Of a stretch of 64,000 nucleotides of DNA, positions 52,897 to 64,000 are shown piece after piece. A model generated the notes under the pieces. The model ran no database searches. It was given only the letters and a program-made list of their open reading frames with translations, and was not told the DNA's origin. The stretch's first letter is position 1; each line of letters opens with the position of its first letter. The position numbers were made by a program, and so were the translations under genes. The stretch is from NCBI GenBank assembly GCA_964016885.1, contig OZ024746.1, forward strand, positions 50,034,001-50,098,000. Direction: 5' to 3'. The stretch comes from Eledone cirrhosa (taxonomy: Eukaryota).

Positions 52897-55414
52897 TCCT
52901 TGAATCTCAGTCATTGATGTTGGTTAACTGGAAAGTCCGTTGGATTGAATATCAAGCCACTACCTGCAGCCTCAGATATTCAGGACGTATCGGAGGGTTC
53001 TTGCTGTTCCAAGCAAGCATGCCTTTTGAAGCGTTCCAAAAAGCGTGAAGGGGCCGATTTTCTTTAACCATCCCTGGAAACCTTTGGAGATAGTCCCCAG
53101 TGCGCCTATGACAATCGGGATCACTTTGACTTCATGGCAGTTCCAAATCCTTTTCACCTCCCACTTTAGGTCCTGGTATCGGTTAATTTTCTCCCTCTCC
53201 TTCTCTTGCACTCTCGTGTCGAACGGGCAGGCCACATCCACAATCAGGCACGATCTTTTTTCTTTGTCCACAACCACCAGGTCAGGTCTATTGTGTTCCA
53301 GTTTGTTGTCCGTCTGTATCCTAAAATCCCACAGCACCTTCACCTGACTGTTCTCCATCACCGCCTCTGGCCTATGCTCATACCATTTCTCAGAATGTGG
53401 TAGATTGTTTACTTTGCACAGGTGCCAGTGGATCACCCTGCCCATCACATCGTGTCTCCAGCCCTTATAGTGGGTCTGGGCTAGGTGTTTACACTCGGAC
53501 ACAATGTGAGCCACAGTCTCCTCTCTCTCTCCACAGATCCTGCACAGTGGGCTAGCCTCCTCCTTGTAGATATGGTGCTTCAACCACTTCGTTTTGAGGG
53601 CCTGCTCCTGCGCAGTCATTAGCATTCCTTCTGTAGCCTTTTTGAGGTCTCCTCTTCTCAACCAGTTCCATGTCTGTGGATCTCTAAATTCAGTTTTCTC
53701 AAAGAAGGTACTATGAAGGGATTTTCCCTTAAGGCTGCTCTTCCTCCTTGATGTTATTTCCTCCTTGGACATCCCCTGGCCTACTGTCCCCTCCTTCAGT
53801 ACAGTTCTGAGCATTGGCTCCTTACTATAGGTCACGTATTTGTATAGGTTGTTTTTCTCCATCTGAACACAGTCCTCTATGCTGATAAGACCTCTTCCAC
53901 CCTCAGATCTCCTTAGGTAGAGTCTATCGACATCACTCCTCTTGTGGAACATGTTGTAGATGGTCAATAGCTTCCTAGTCTTCCTATCCATTTCTTTTTG
54001 TTCAGCAACATTCCATCTCAGAATTCCCGCACTGTACCTAATAATAGACACAGCTCGGGAATTTACTGCGCTTATGGCATTTCTGCTGTTCAGATGTGAC
54101 TTCAATACGCTCCTTACTCTCCGAATGTATTCAGTTCTTAACAATTCCTTCATTTTTTTGTTCTTTATGCCATCAGCCTCCAGAACGCCCAAATACTTGT
54201 ATCCTTCCTCAGAGTCAATTTCCTTTATCATCTCACCTGTTGGTATCTGGATCCCGTTACTTCTGCTCAACCTACCCCTCTTCATCACAATGACTCCACA
54301 TTTACCAATACCAAACTGCATACATATATCACTGCTGAAAATACGGACAGTGTCAACAAGCACATCCAACTCCTTCTCACTTTTCCCGAAGAGCTTAACA
54401 TCGTCCATGAAGAGGAGGTGATTGATGGTAAGCTCTCCCCTTCCCAACTTGTATCCTGCTCTCACTTTTCGCAGCATAATGGTCAAGGGCATCAGGGCAA
54501 GGACAAACAACAGAGGGGACAGGCTATCTCCCTGGAAGATACCTCTCTTGATCTTCACGCTTCCCAAGGATACTCCAGTTGATGTCAACTCTGTCTCCCA
54601 GGACCCCATACTCCTGCCCAGCAACTGTCTGATGTTATCTGCCACCCTGAAGACCTCCAGGCTTTTGGTGATCCAGGAATGAGGCACCATGTCAAATGCC
54701 TTTCTGTAGTCTATCCATCCCATGGCAAGATCAGTGTGTCTCCTCCTGCAATTCCCCATTACCATCTTATCAATAAGCAACTGGTCCTTTGTACCACGTG
54801 ACTTCTTTCGGCATCCTTTCTGTTCGTCCGGTAACAAGTTGTTTGTGTGGAGGTGATGGTAGATTTCCTCAGACACAATGCTCGTCAACAGTTTCCACAT
54901 TACGGGCAGACATGTGATAGGTCTATAGTTGGTAACATCATTACCCTTGATTCGGTCTTTCATTATCAGAACTGTGGTACCTTTTGTCAACCACTCTGGC
55001 ACCTCACCCGACACCAAGCAGTCATTGAACATGGCCGTCAGCTTCGGGTGGAGGGATGTTAAATGTTTAATCCAATACCCCTGCACACCATCTGGGCCTG
55101 GTGATTTCCAGTTGGTTAGTTTTTTGGCTTGCCCCTTAAGAGTTTCAACTGTGATACTCAAATCAGTCTGTTGTTGTGCCTTCTCACCGATCTCCCTCTG
55201 TACTGTCTCAATCCACCCTGCCTGGGCATTGTGTCTAACATCCTGCTCCCATATTCCTCTCCAGAATGTTTTAGCTTGTTCCGCCCCAGGGATCAAGTCG
55301 TTGCCTCTTTCTTTCCCCTCAAGCTGTCCAAACAGCATCTTCTGGTTGTTGTCGAACATGCGGTTCTGTTTATACTGACTGACTCTGTTCTCGTATCGCC
55401 TGATTTTGGCACTC
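52897..55414 (-). mobile_element. R-1 copy, 5'-truncated, young
   Basis: Open RT-CCHC-RLE frame; (ATT)n on both sides. Confidence 0.92.
52972..55359 (-). CDS. R4/Dong-like RT + CCHC + restriction-like endonuclease (N-terminally truncated, 795 aa)
   Basis: Uninterrupted ORF with RT and RLE motifs. Confidence 0.88.
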   Translation of the reverse strand: MFDNNQKMLFGQLEGKERGNDLIPGAEQAKTFWRGIWEQDVRHNAQAGWIETVQREIGEKAQQQTDLSITVETLKGQAKKLTNWKSPGPDGVQGYWIKHLTSLHPKLTAMFNDCLVSGEVPEWLTKGTTVLIMKDRIKGNDVTNYRPITCLPVMWKLLTSIVSEEIYHHLHTNNLLPDEQKGCRKKSRGTKDQLLIDKMVMGNCRRRHTDLAMGWIDYRKAFDMVPHSWITKSLEVFRVADNIRQLLGRSMGSWETELTSTGVSLGSVKIKRGIFQGDSLSPLLFVLALMPLTIMLRKVRAGYKLGRGELTINHLLFMDDVKLFGKSEKELDVLVDTVRIFSSDICMQFGIGKCGVIVMKRGRLSRSNGIQIPTGEMIKEIDSEEGYKYLGVLEADGIKNKKMKELLRTEYIRRVRSVLKSHLNSRNAISAVNSRAVSIIRYSAGILRWNVAEQKEMDRKTRKLLTIYNMFHKRSDVDRLYLRRSEGGRGLISIEDCVQMEKNNLYKYVTYSKEPMLRTVLKEGTVGQGMSKEEITSRRKSSLKGKSLHSTFFEKTEFRDPQTWNWLRRGDLKKATEGMLMTAQEQALKTKWLKHHIYKEEASPLCRICGEREETVAHIVSECKHLAQTHYKGWRHDVMGRVIHWHLCKVNNLPHSEKWYEHRPEAVMENSQVKVLWDFRIQTDNKLEHNRPDLVVVDKEKRSCLIVDVACPFDTRVQEKEREKINRYQDLKWEVKRIWNCHEVKVIPIVIGALGTISKGFQGWLKKIGPFTLFGTLQKACLLGTARTLRYVLNI

Positions 55415-55479
<65 letters not shown>

Positions 55480-55484
55480 GTTAT

Positions 55485-58400
55485 TCCTTGAATCTCAGTC
55501 ATTGATGTTGGTTAACTGGAAAGTCCGTTGGATTGAATATCAAGCCACTACCTGCAGCCTCAGATATTCAGGACGTATCGGAGGGTTCTTGCCGTTCCAA
55601 GCAAGCATGCCTTTTGAAGCGTTCCAAAAAGCGTGAAGGGGCCGATTTTCTTTAACCATCCCTGGAAACCTTTGGAGATAGTCCCCAGTGCGCCTATGAC
55701 AATCGGGATCACTTTGACTTCATGGCAGTTCCAAATCCTTTTCATCTCCCACTTTAGGTCCTGGTATCGGTTAATTTTCTCCCTCTCCTTCTCTTGCACT
55801 CTCGTGTCGAACGGGCAGGCCACATCCACAATCAGGCACGATCTTTTTTCTTTGTCCACAACCACCAGGTCAGGTCTATTGTGTTCCAGTTTTTTGTCCG
55901 TCTGTATCCTAAAATCCCACAGCACCTTCACCTGACTGTTCTCCATCACCGCCTCTGGCCTATGCTCATACCATTTCTCAGAATGTGGTAGATTGTTTAC
56001 TTTGCACAGGTGCCAGTGGATCACCCTGCCCATCACATCGTGTCTCCAGCCCTTATAGTGGGTCTGGGCTAGGTGTTTACACTCGGACACAATGTGAGCC
56101 ACAGTCTCCTCTCTCTCTCCACAGATCCTGCACAGTGGGCTAGCCTCCTCCTTGTAGATATGGTGCTTCAACCACTTCGTTTTGAGGGCCTGCTCCTGCG
56201 CAGCCATTAGCATTCCTTCTGTAGCCTTTTTGAGGTCTCCTCTTCTCAACCAGTTCCATGTCTGTGGATCTCTAAATTCAGTTTTCTCAAAGAAGGTACT
56301 ATGAAGGGATTTTCCCTTAAGGCTGCTCTTCCTCCTTGATGTTATTTCCTCCTTGGATATCCCCTGGCCTACTGTCCCCTCCTTCAGTACAGCTCTGAGC
56401 ATTGGCTCCTTACTATAGGTCACGTATTTGTATAGGTTGTTTTTCTCCATCTGAACACAGTCCTCTATGCTGATAAGACCTCTTCCACCCTCAGATCTCC
56501 TTAGGTAGAGTCTATCGACATCACTCCTCTTGTGGAACATGTTGTAGATAGTCAATAGCTTCCTAGTCTTCCTATCCATTTCTTTTTGTTCAGCAACATT
56601 CCATCTCAGAATTCCCGCACTGTACCTAATAATAGACACAGCTCGGGAATTTACTGCGCTTATGGCATTTCTGCTGTTCAGATGTGACTTCAAAACGCTC
56701 CTTACTCTCCGAATGTATTCAGTTCTTAACAATTCCTTCATTTTTTTGTTCTTTATGCCATCAGCCTCCAGAACGCCCAAATACTTGTATCCTTCCTCAG
56801 AGTCAATTTCCTTTATCATCTCACCTGTTGGTATCTGGATCCCGTTACTTCTGCTCAACCTACCCCTCTTCATCACAATGACTCCACATTTACCAATACC
56901 AAACTGCATACATATATCACTGCTGAAAATACGGACAGTGTCAACAAGCACATCCAACTCCTTCTCACTTTTCCCGAAGAGCTTAAGATCGTCCATGAAG
57001 AGGAGGTGATTGATGGTAAGCTCTCCCCTTCCCAACTTGTATCCTGCTCTCACTTTTCACAGCATAATGGTCAAGGGCATCAGGGCAAGGACAAACAACA
57101 GAGGGGACAGGCTATCTCCCTGGAAGATACCTCTCTTGATCTTCACGCTTCCCAAGGATACTCCAGTTGATGTCAACTCTGTCTCCCAGGACCCCATACT
57201 CCTGCCCAGCAACTGTCTGATGTTATCTGCCACCCTGAAGACCTCCAGGCTTTTGGTGATCCAGGAATGAGGCACCATGTCAAATGCCTTTCTGTAGTCT
57301 ATCCATCCCATGGCAAGATCAGTGTGTCTCCTCCTGCAATTCCCCATTACCATCTTATCAATAAGCAACTGGTCCTTTGTACCACGTGACTTCTTTCGGC
57401 ATCCTTTCTGTTCGTCCGGCAACAAGTTGTTTGTGTGGAGGTGATGGTAGATTTCCTCAGACACAATGCTCGTCAACAGTTTCCACATTACGGGCAGACA
57501 TGTGATAGGTCTATAGTTGGTAACATCATTACCCTTGATTCGGTCTTTCATTATCAGAACTGTGGTACCTTTTGTCAACCACTCTGGCACCTCACCCGAC
57601 ACCAAGCAGTCATTGAACATGGCCGTCAGCTTCGGGTGGAGGGATGTTAAATGTTTAATCCAATACCCCTGCACACCATCTGGGCCTGGTGATTTCCAGT
57701 TGGTTAGTTTTTTGGCTTGCCCCTTAAGAGTTTCAACTGTGATACTCAAATCAGTCTGTTGCTGTGCCTGCTCACCGATCTCCCTCTGTACTGTCTCAAT
57801 CCACCCTGCCTGGGCATTGTGTCTAACATCCTGCTCCCATATTCCTCTCCAGAATGTTTTAGCTTGTTCCGCCCCAGGGATCAAGTCGTTGCCTCTTTCT
57901 TTCCCCTCAAGCTGTCCAAACAGCATCTTCTGGTTGTTGTCGAACATGCGGTTCTGTTTATACTGACTGACTCTGTTCTCGTACCGCCTGATTTTGGCAC
58001 TCTTTGCTACAATGCGTTGCTTCAATTCCTCTATGATAATATTTAGCTTTTTACTCCTAGTTTTGTATTTTATTTCCAGTCTATTTTTAGTGCCTATGTT
58101 TTTTAGTGTCCCATTCAGTAGTGACTCAAGCTTTCCTATGTCATTTCTCATTTCCCCGATTTGCCCACTCAGTCGCTTCTTCCACCACGGCTCTGCTCTT
58201 TCTTGTCTGTTGTTTCCTCTCGCTTTTATACCAAGTAGTTTCCTCACCGTATTTGCTGTTGCTTTGAGGATATTGTTGCACTGGTGAAGACTCCTCGCCT
58301 CAAGGTATGGGATGACTTTGTTTACCTTAGCTGTTGTTTCTTTTAACTTTTTCCTGTCTACAAATCTTAGGTTCATAGGTCTCCCACTATCATTGTTCAA

Positions 58401-60332
58401 CTCATCTACCACTACATTTAGGATGTCAACCGAATCTTGTCCTAGCCCGTCAGCATTCATCTCCTCAGTGGCCGTATCTCTGTTCCAGGTATTATTTATC
58501 TCAGTATTCAGATCATTGTCTGCTTCGGGTGGTTCCTCCGTTCTCAGGACCTCCTCACCTTCATTTCCCGCCGGCTCGCTTGTCTGGCATACTACACCCG
58601 CCATCTCCAAGCCATTCTCTCTGCTCAGTTCCTCCAGTTCCAGCTCGCTTATCCACCCATTAGTTCTTATTACCCGAGCCTGCCCGGCCAATTTTTGTTC
58701 ATCTAATTTAAATAGACCAATCTCGTTCCAGATGTTATGCATCCGTCTCCTGTAGCCCCTCTCCTTGGGGTTACTTTTCAGGTAGCATTGCATAACAGTT
58801 CTATTCAATTCTTTCGTCCAGTTGGTTCTGGCCCCTTTCCTTCTTCTTCTTCCTCCAACATCAGCAGTATTTGGTTGACAGTCAGGTTCCTGCTGCTGAG
58901 CCAGGGGGCACCTGTTGGGTGAGAGTCTGTCACATGACGTTCTAGTCTCCATTTCACCGTTATTCGAACTGTTTATGTTCGATATTTAAACACTCTTATC
59001 GAGGATTGGCGAATGTATGTTTACATAGCCATCTGTGGATCCGCCATCCCACTTGGCCCTTGTGTGTCATTATCACCACGCTGTATACGGACACACATAA
59101 ACAAACAAACACACGGGCAGAAAGGGCCCCAAAAATGAATAAGCATAAGTTTCATTGTGATGTAGTATTCGAATGTCTGACTTAGTTTTTGTTTTTTAAG
59201 TTTTACTTTTTCCCCCCTCTTCTCTGTCCGTCCGCCTGCTTCTCTCTTCATTCTTATTTTCTTTACGTTTTTGGGGTTTCTTTTTTTGTTTTTGTTTTTC
59301 TCTGTTTTTCTCGTTTTTTGCTGTTGTTGCTGTGCTTCTTTTGTTGTTTGTTTTTTCTTTTTTCTTTTGAGTCTATCTATATATTTTGATGCCTTCCTCT
59401 TTGTTAGTAGTAGGAATTCTATAATGTGGAAGTGGCAGCCAGCAGAGACTGGCGGCGTTGGCGATACTGAGACAGTGGTGGTGGTGATGTCGATACCGAG
59501 GCAGTGGTGGCGGTGATGCGATCGTATTACTGTAGTGATGGTGCTGTAGCGGTGGCAGCAGCAGTGAAGGAGTCAAGGGGTGGTGGCGGCGGTGATGGGA
59601 TAGTGGTGGTAATGATGGCCGTAGTGAGCGGTGGCGGTGAAGGTGAAAATGCTGTTGTGTTTAGTGTACACAGATGATGGGGTGGGTGGTGTATCTAGTT
59701 TCTGGTGTTGGTGAGTTTCGCTGTCCTATATAGTGTAGCCAGAGGAGAGGAGGGGGGGGGGGGGTTCTTCTTCTTCCATTTATAGCCATTTTATTTTTTG
59801 GGGGATATACAGTGTACAATACAAAGTTGAATATTTGAATATTTGAGCCGTATTACTGTAGTGATGGTGCTGTAGCGGTGGCAGCAGCAGTGAAGGAGTC
59901 AAGGGGTGGTGGCGGCGGTGATGGGATAGTGGTGGTAATGATGGCCGTAGTGAGCGGTGGCGGTGAAGGTGAAAATGCTGTTGTGTTTAGTGTACACAGA
60001 TGATGGGGTTGGTGGTGTATCTAGTTTCTGGTGTTGGTGAGTTTAGCTGTCCTATATAGTGTAGCCAGAGGAGAGGAGGGGGGGGGTTCTTCTTCTTCCA
60101 TTTATAGCCATTTTTTTTTGGATATACAGTGTACAATACAAAGTTGAATATTTGAATATTTGAGCCTTATAACAATATATTTTGGGTCCGAATTTTTTTG
60201 GGGCTCAAGCCGGGTGCTTTACGTAGCATTTGTACTAAGAGTTGTTATTTCACAAATGATTTAAATATGTTAAAAATTCAAAACTTACGGGAGCGATTTC
60301 ATGACCTCCGTCACCTCGTGCGTCTTCTTCCC
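55485..60332 (-). mobile_element. R-1 full-length copy
   Basis: ~1.4-kb 5' leader with a ~325-bp tandem duplication (59524-59848 / 59849-60165), ORF, 3' UTR; (ATT)n on both sides. Confidence 0.93.
55560..58952 (-). pseudogene. R-1 ORF (~1130 codons) with a single in-frame TGA at 57057
   Basis: The two listed ORFs are in the same frame; the sister copy has CGA at this codon (tttcgcagc vs tttcacagc). Confidence 0.9.
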
Positions 60333-60338
60333 TTATTC

Positions 60339-60385
<47 letters not shown>

Positions 60386-63300
60386 GGCGACCTACGTAGT
60401 AAATCGTATCATCGTGAGCTCCGCAAAGGTTTGTTATTTTCAGTTGTTTAAAATTGTCATTCATGGAAAATTTGTATCGTTAACAATATATAAGTACACA
60501 TACATTGTTATCTGAAAAAGACACCCCAAAAGACTGGGGCCTTGAGCCCAAAATTTAAACTTTTATAATTATCAAACGAAAATTTTTCTTTGAAACATCA
60601 TGGCTGACTCAGAGTCACTCCTTTCTCACAAACTAACACCTCACACCGACACCACCATTGTAAATATTACTACGTTTGCCAACACTAAAAATATAAGCAG
60701 TAGCAATATTTTTAATTTATCTCAAGCAGACATTCATTTCCCGCCATTACCAATGACTGCAGGTGTTAAAGCCGCCACCACCACCGCGACAAGCACCACC
60801 CCCATCACCACCGCGACAACAGAAACAAGAGGAAAAAATAAATTAACTCGTGATATCGAAATGAATTCAACCAAAATGAACTCTTCCACACCGAACACCA
60901 CTGACGCCACCACCACCACAACTGAAACTAAAATTAATAATAACAAAAATAACGATAACAACAACAGCAACAATGACATTAAGAAAACCACCCTGAGTTT
61001 TGCCAGAGTAGCAAAATAGTGCGAAGCATTTCAGGTAACTCAGGAGGAATTAGAAGAAGCCAAAAAAATGGTAAAGAAAGATGGGTACAGGGTCAGCCTC
61101 ACCCCACCACCTAATAAAATGGAGCATCGGCGCCTATGCACCGTGTCTTATCGAACAATTAATATAAAATCGCGCCGAGTGGAACGGCCATCCGAGTCCC
61201 AAATCCAAAAAGCTTTGGGACATGTGTGGGCAAAAAAAAACCACATCAGACGTGGGCAGAAGTATGGAACCGTGGACGTGTTCTTTGAAACACCAGAGGA
61301 GGCTAGAGAACACTCCATGGCCCCATTAAGAAGTGACGACTTCACACTCGTCCCAAGCTATTGTGGCCAGGGACTCGTGAAGATCAGCGTCACTCACGTT
61401 TCACCGGCCATCGAAATTCCCTGGCTAATAGCTGCCGTACTCGCCAACATCGAAGCCAACACCAAGATAATCGAAATAGCGAAAGAAAAGCAGGAGAACT
61501 GGTCCGGATCTGGGATGGAGCTCCTGATCCAAGCGGACCAAAAAAGCATTGAGGAGATCCCAGAGGTAATAGACCTCACTGACGGCAGCCACCTCACCGT
61601 AATTGTCGAGGGCAGAAGGCCTAGGTGTGTCGTTTGTGGTGAAGGAACCAACCTAAGGGCTTTCTGCCCTCAGGCTAAAAGGTTGAGGCCACCTCTCCTA
61701 CCCACCTCTGTGACTCAACCATCAACACCACCAGCAGCAGAGATGGCAACAACAACAGAAGCAACTGTAACAGCAACAACCCCAGCAACAGTAGCAAAAC
61801 CAACACCACCACCACCCAACGCTTCAGAACTAGCACCAGCGCCTACACCATCCACCACGCCACAACCAAAACTAAGAGGATTTTCAACTACCCGGCCTAT
61901 CACAACTGGAGACAGATTGTGACGACGAGGAGTGGTAAACGGTATCAGGAAAAAATAAAAAAAGAAATAAAAAAATAAAAAATTTTCTCCTTCCCCCTCC
62001 AAAAACAAAATACAGAGGGAAACAAATAAACTATCAAACAAAAAAGTTAGGACAGATATGCCACCATCCACACCAGCATCACCAACCCCATCACCCCAAA
62101 CACCAACACCATCACCATCATTAACCCAAACACCACCATCACCTACACCACAAAAGTCACCAAAAAGCGAAACAGAAACAAACCCACAACACACGCAAAC
62201 AAAACAAAACAACCAAAACGATACAACCAATTATTACACTACATCCAACACAACACCAGCATCACAGAAAAAGACTACACAACAACCCAAAAGTTCACAC
62301 CACCTCCACACATACAAATCAGTCGCATCACACAGAAAACGTACATGACTCTGAAATAAAAATTCCCCAAAGACATCGGAGACTTCCGACAAGCACTCTC
62401 CAGGAGGATTTATAAGGACATCCTTCCGGAGGAGGCCACAAGCAGTGAAAAGGATGCAGAAACCGTTCTTCCTCTACGAGATGTAAGGTAAGTGGTCTTT
62501 CCCATCTTTTCCACTCCATTTCAACATGACCTCACTCAGTATAGGCAGCATAAATGCGCGTGGCTTGGGGTCGTCATGGAAGCAGGGCCACCTGCTCAAC
62601 GACCTCAGGTCACTAAACATAGATGTAGTGGCCATCAGCGAGACCAGAATCTCCGAAGCACGGGCCTTCGCACCGATCTTCGGCGGCTACGATGTGTACG
62701 CATCTCCCAGCCGTCCTGGATCGGGGGGATGAGTTGCTGAGCTTTTACGGAGAGGTTTGGATCTCGCCATACGGGCCATCTTCCTGGACCCAGAGGGTGA
62801 GTTGGTGGTGCTGGACGTGACCAGCGGAGACGGGCAAGCTTTCAGGCTAGTGGCCGTGTATGCCCCGACAGGAGCAGGGCGGCCTGATTTCTTACGGCTT
62901 CTGGAGCCTTTCTTGGAACGTCCCGCTCTTTAGTGTTAGTGGGCGACTGGAACGGGATCTTAGATGCACGCTGGGACTGAAAATTAAACGAGGCGCTTAG
63001 CAAAGGCATCGCGACCGACGTGCTTGCGGCGAAATTGGCACATGACCAATTCTTCAATGCAAAGCACGAAGGCTGCGTTATCAGAGCTAGGGTGCGTGCT
63101 CTCAGACACGAGGGGACGAAAGCCGTTCAATGGGCCCGAGTGGCGGAGGCGCGTCGTGGCAACAACGCCACGATCCGGTCTTTGGTGGACCACGACGGGC
63201 ACATGCTACTCGATCCCGGGCAAATGTGTGAAGCTTTTCAGCGACACTCCGCTCAGCTGTTCGGGGGAAGCGGTGGGCCGGGTCTAGGGATGGACTTTCG

Positions 63301-64000
63301 TGTCTACCTCGACGGACTGCCACGGCTCTCGGCCACTGAGACGGAGTGTTGCGAAAAGCCGATAACAGCCGCTGAAGTACGGGAGGCAATGACTAGCTGC
63401 ACAAGGGAGAAATCGCCTGGTTTGGATGGTCTGCCCTATGAATTTACGTACAGATGCCATACTTGTTCGGAGGCCTCTTGGCAGACGTCTACTGCAACTG
63501 GCAACAGAACGGGAGAATTCCCAGCTCTGTGAGCCGAGGAGCGGTGGCACTGCTGAGAAAGGATCCGAACAAGGGGGATAACATAGATAATTTCAGGCCC
63601 ATAACTCTGCTAAACACAGAGTTCAAGATTTTGGCCAAGGTGCTAGCAAAGAGGTTGGCGCTTGTCGTTGGTGGTCTGGTGGGAGAGGCGCAGACATGCG
63701 CCATTCCCGACAGATCCATCCACGACAACCTCCACCTCGTGCGATACTTCGTAGAGAGGGTAGCTAGGGAACCTGGCACGGGTGGGTCCTATATCAATTT
63801 AGATCAGTCGAAAGCTTTCGATAGGCTCGACCATCGTTACCTAGCGGCAGTCCTGAGGGCGGCTAGCTTTGGAGCCCGTCTTCAGAGGCTGGATCGCTGC
63901 CATGCACAGCGACATCTGCTCTGTGGTGAGAGTGCACGGTCACCTTTCGGAACCGTTCAACATCATGCGCTCGGTCCGCCAAGGATGTCCCCTCTCGTCC
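60386..64000 (+). mobile_element. L1/Tx1-clade LINE with intact 5' end, disrupted; runs off the window
   Basis: ORF1 60600-61922 (stop at 61019, knuckle CVVCGEGTNLRAFC); ORF2 from 62526 (SINARGL..ISET); ~480-bp deletion near 62978 relative to the 44267 copy. Confidence 0.92.

Noticed and set aside
57054-57059. In-frame TGA as selenocysteine or readthrough
   Set aside because: The sister copy has CGA, so a CpG transition explains it

Overview
Repeat-saturated animal DNA with no recognisable host gene. The microsatellite load and SINE families suggest a mollusc such as an octopus, but that is inference. The left part (1-33 kb) is (TA)n-rich. It holds three coding Penelope-like elements (PLEs; GIY-YIG with or without RT) and many non-coding fold-back or tandem units. 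Many of these carry type I hammerhead ribozyme (HHR) motifs. They include two retrozyme-like tandem arrays (about 320 bp and 420 bp units), one with a compensated U3-A8 core (UUGAUAA). The fold-backs whose sense can be read have their 3' ends pointing outward. Helitron-like pieces, a pogo/Tigger-like MITE, tRNA-type SINEs and internally deleted RTE derivatives in (TATG)n are also present. The right part (37.8-64 kb) is a stack of non-LTR retrotransposons in (TAA)n/(ATT)n tracts: two R4/Dong-like RT+RLE families (7 copies) and two L1/Tx1-clade copies. Three links stand out: a SINE-Tx1 chimera with matching SINE and Tx1 3' tails, a 5' leader shared by the two divergent R4 families, and 5' motifs shared by R4 and Tx1. 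All structures and alignments were read by eye and were not computed.
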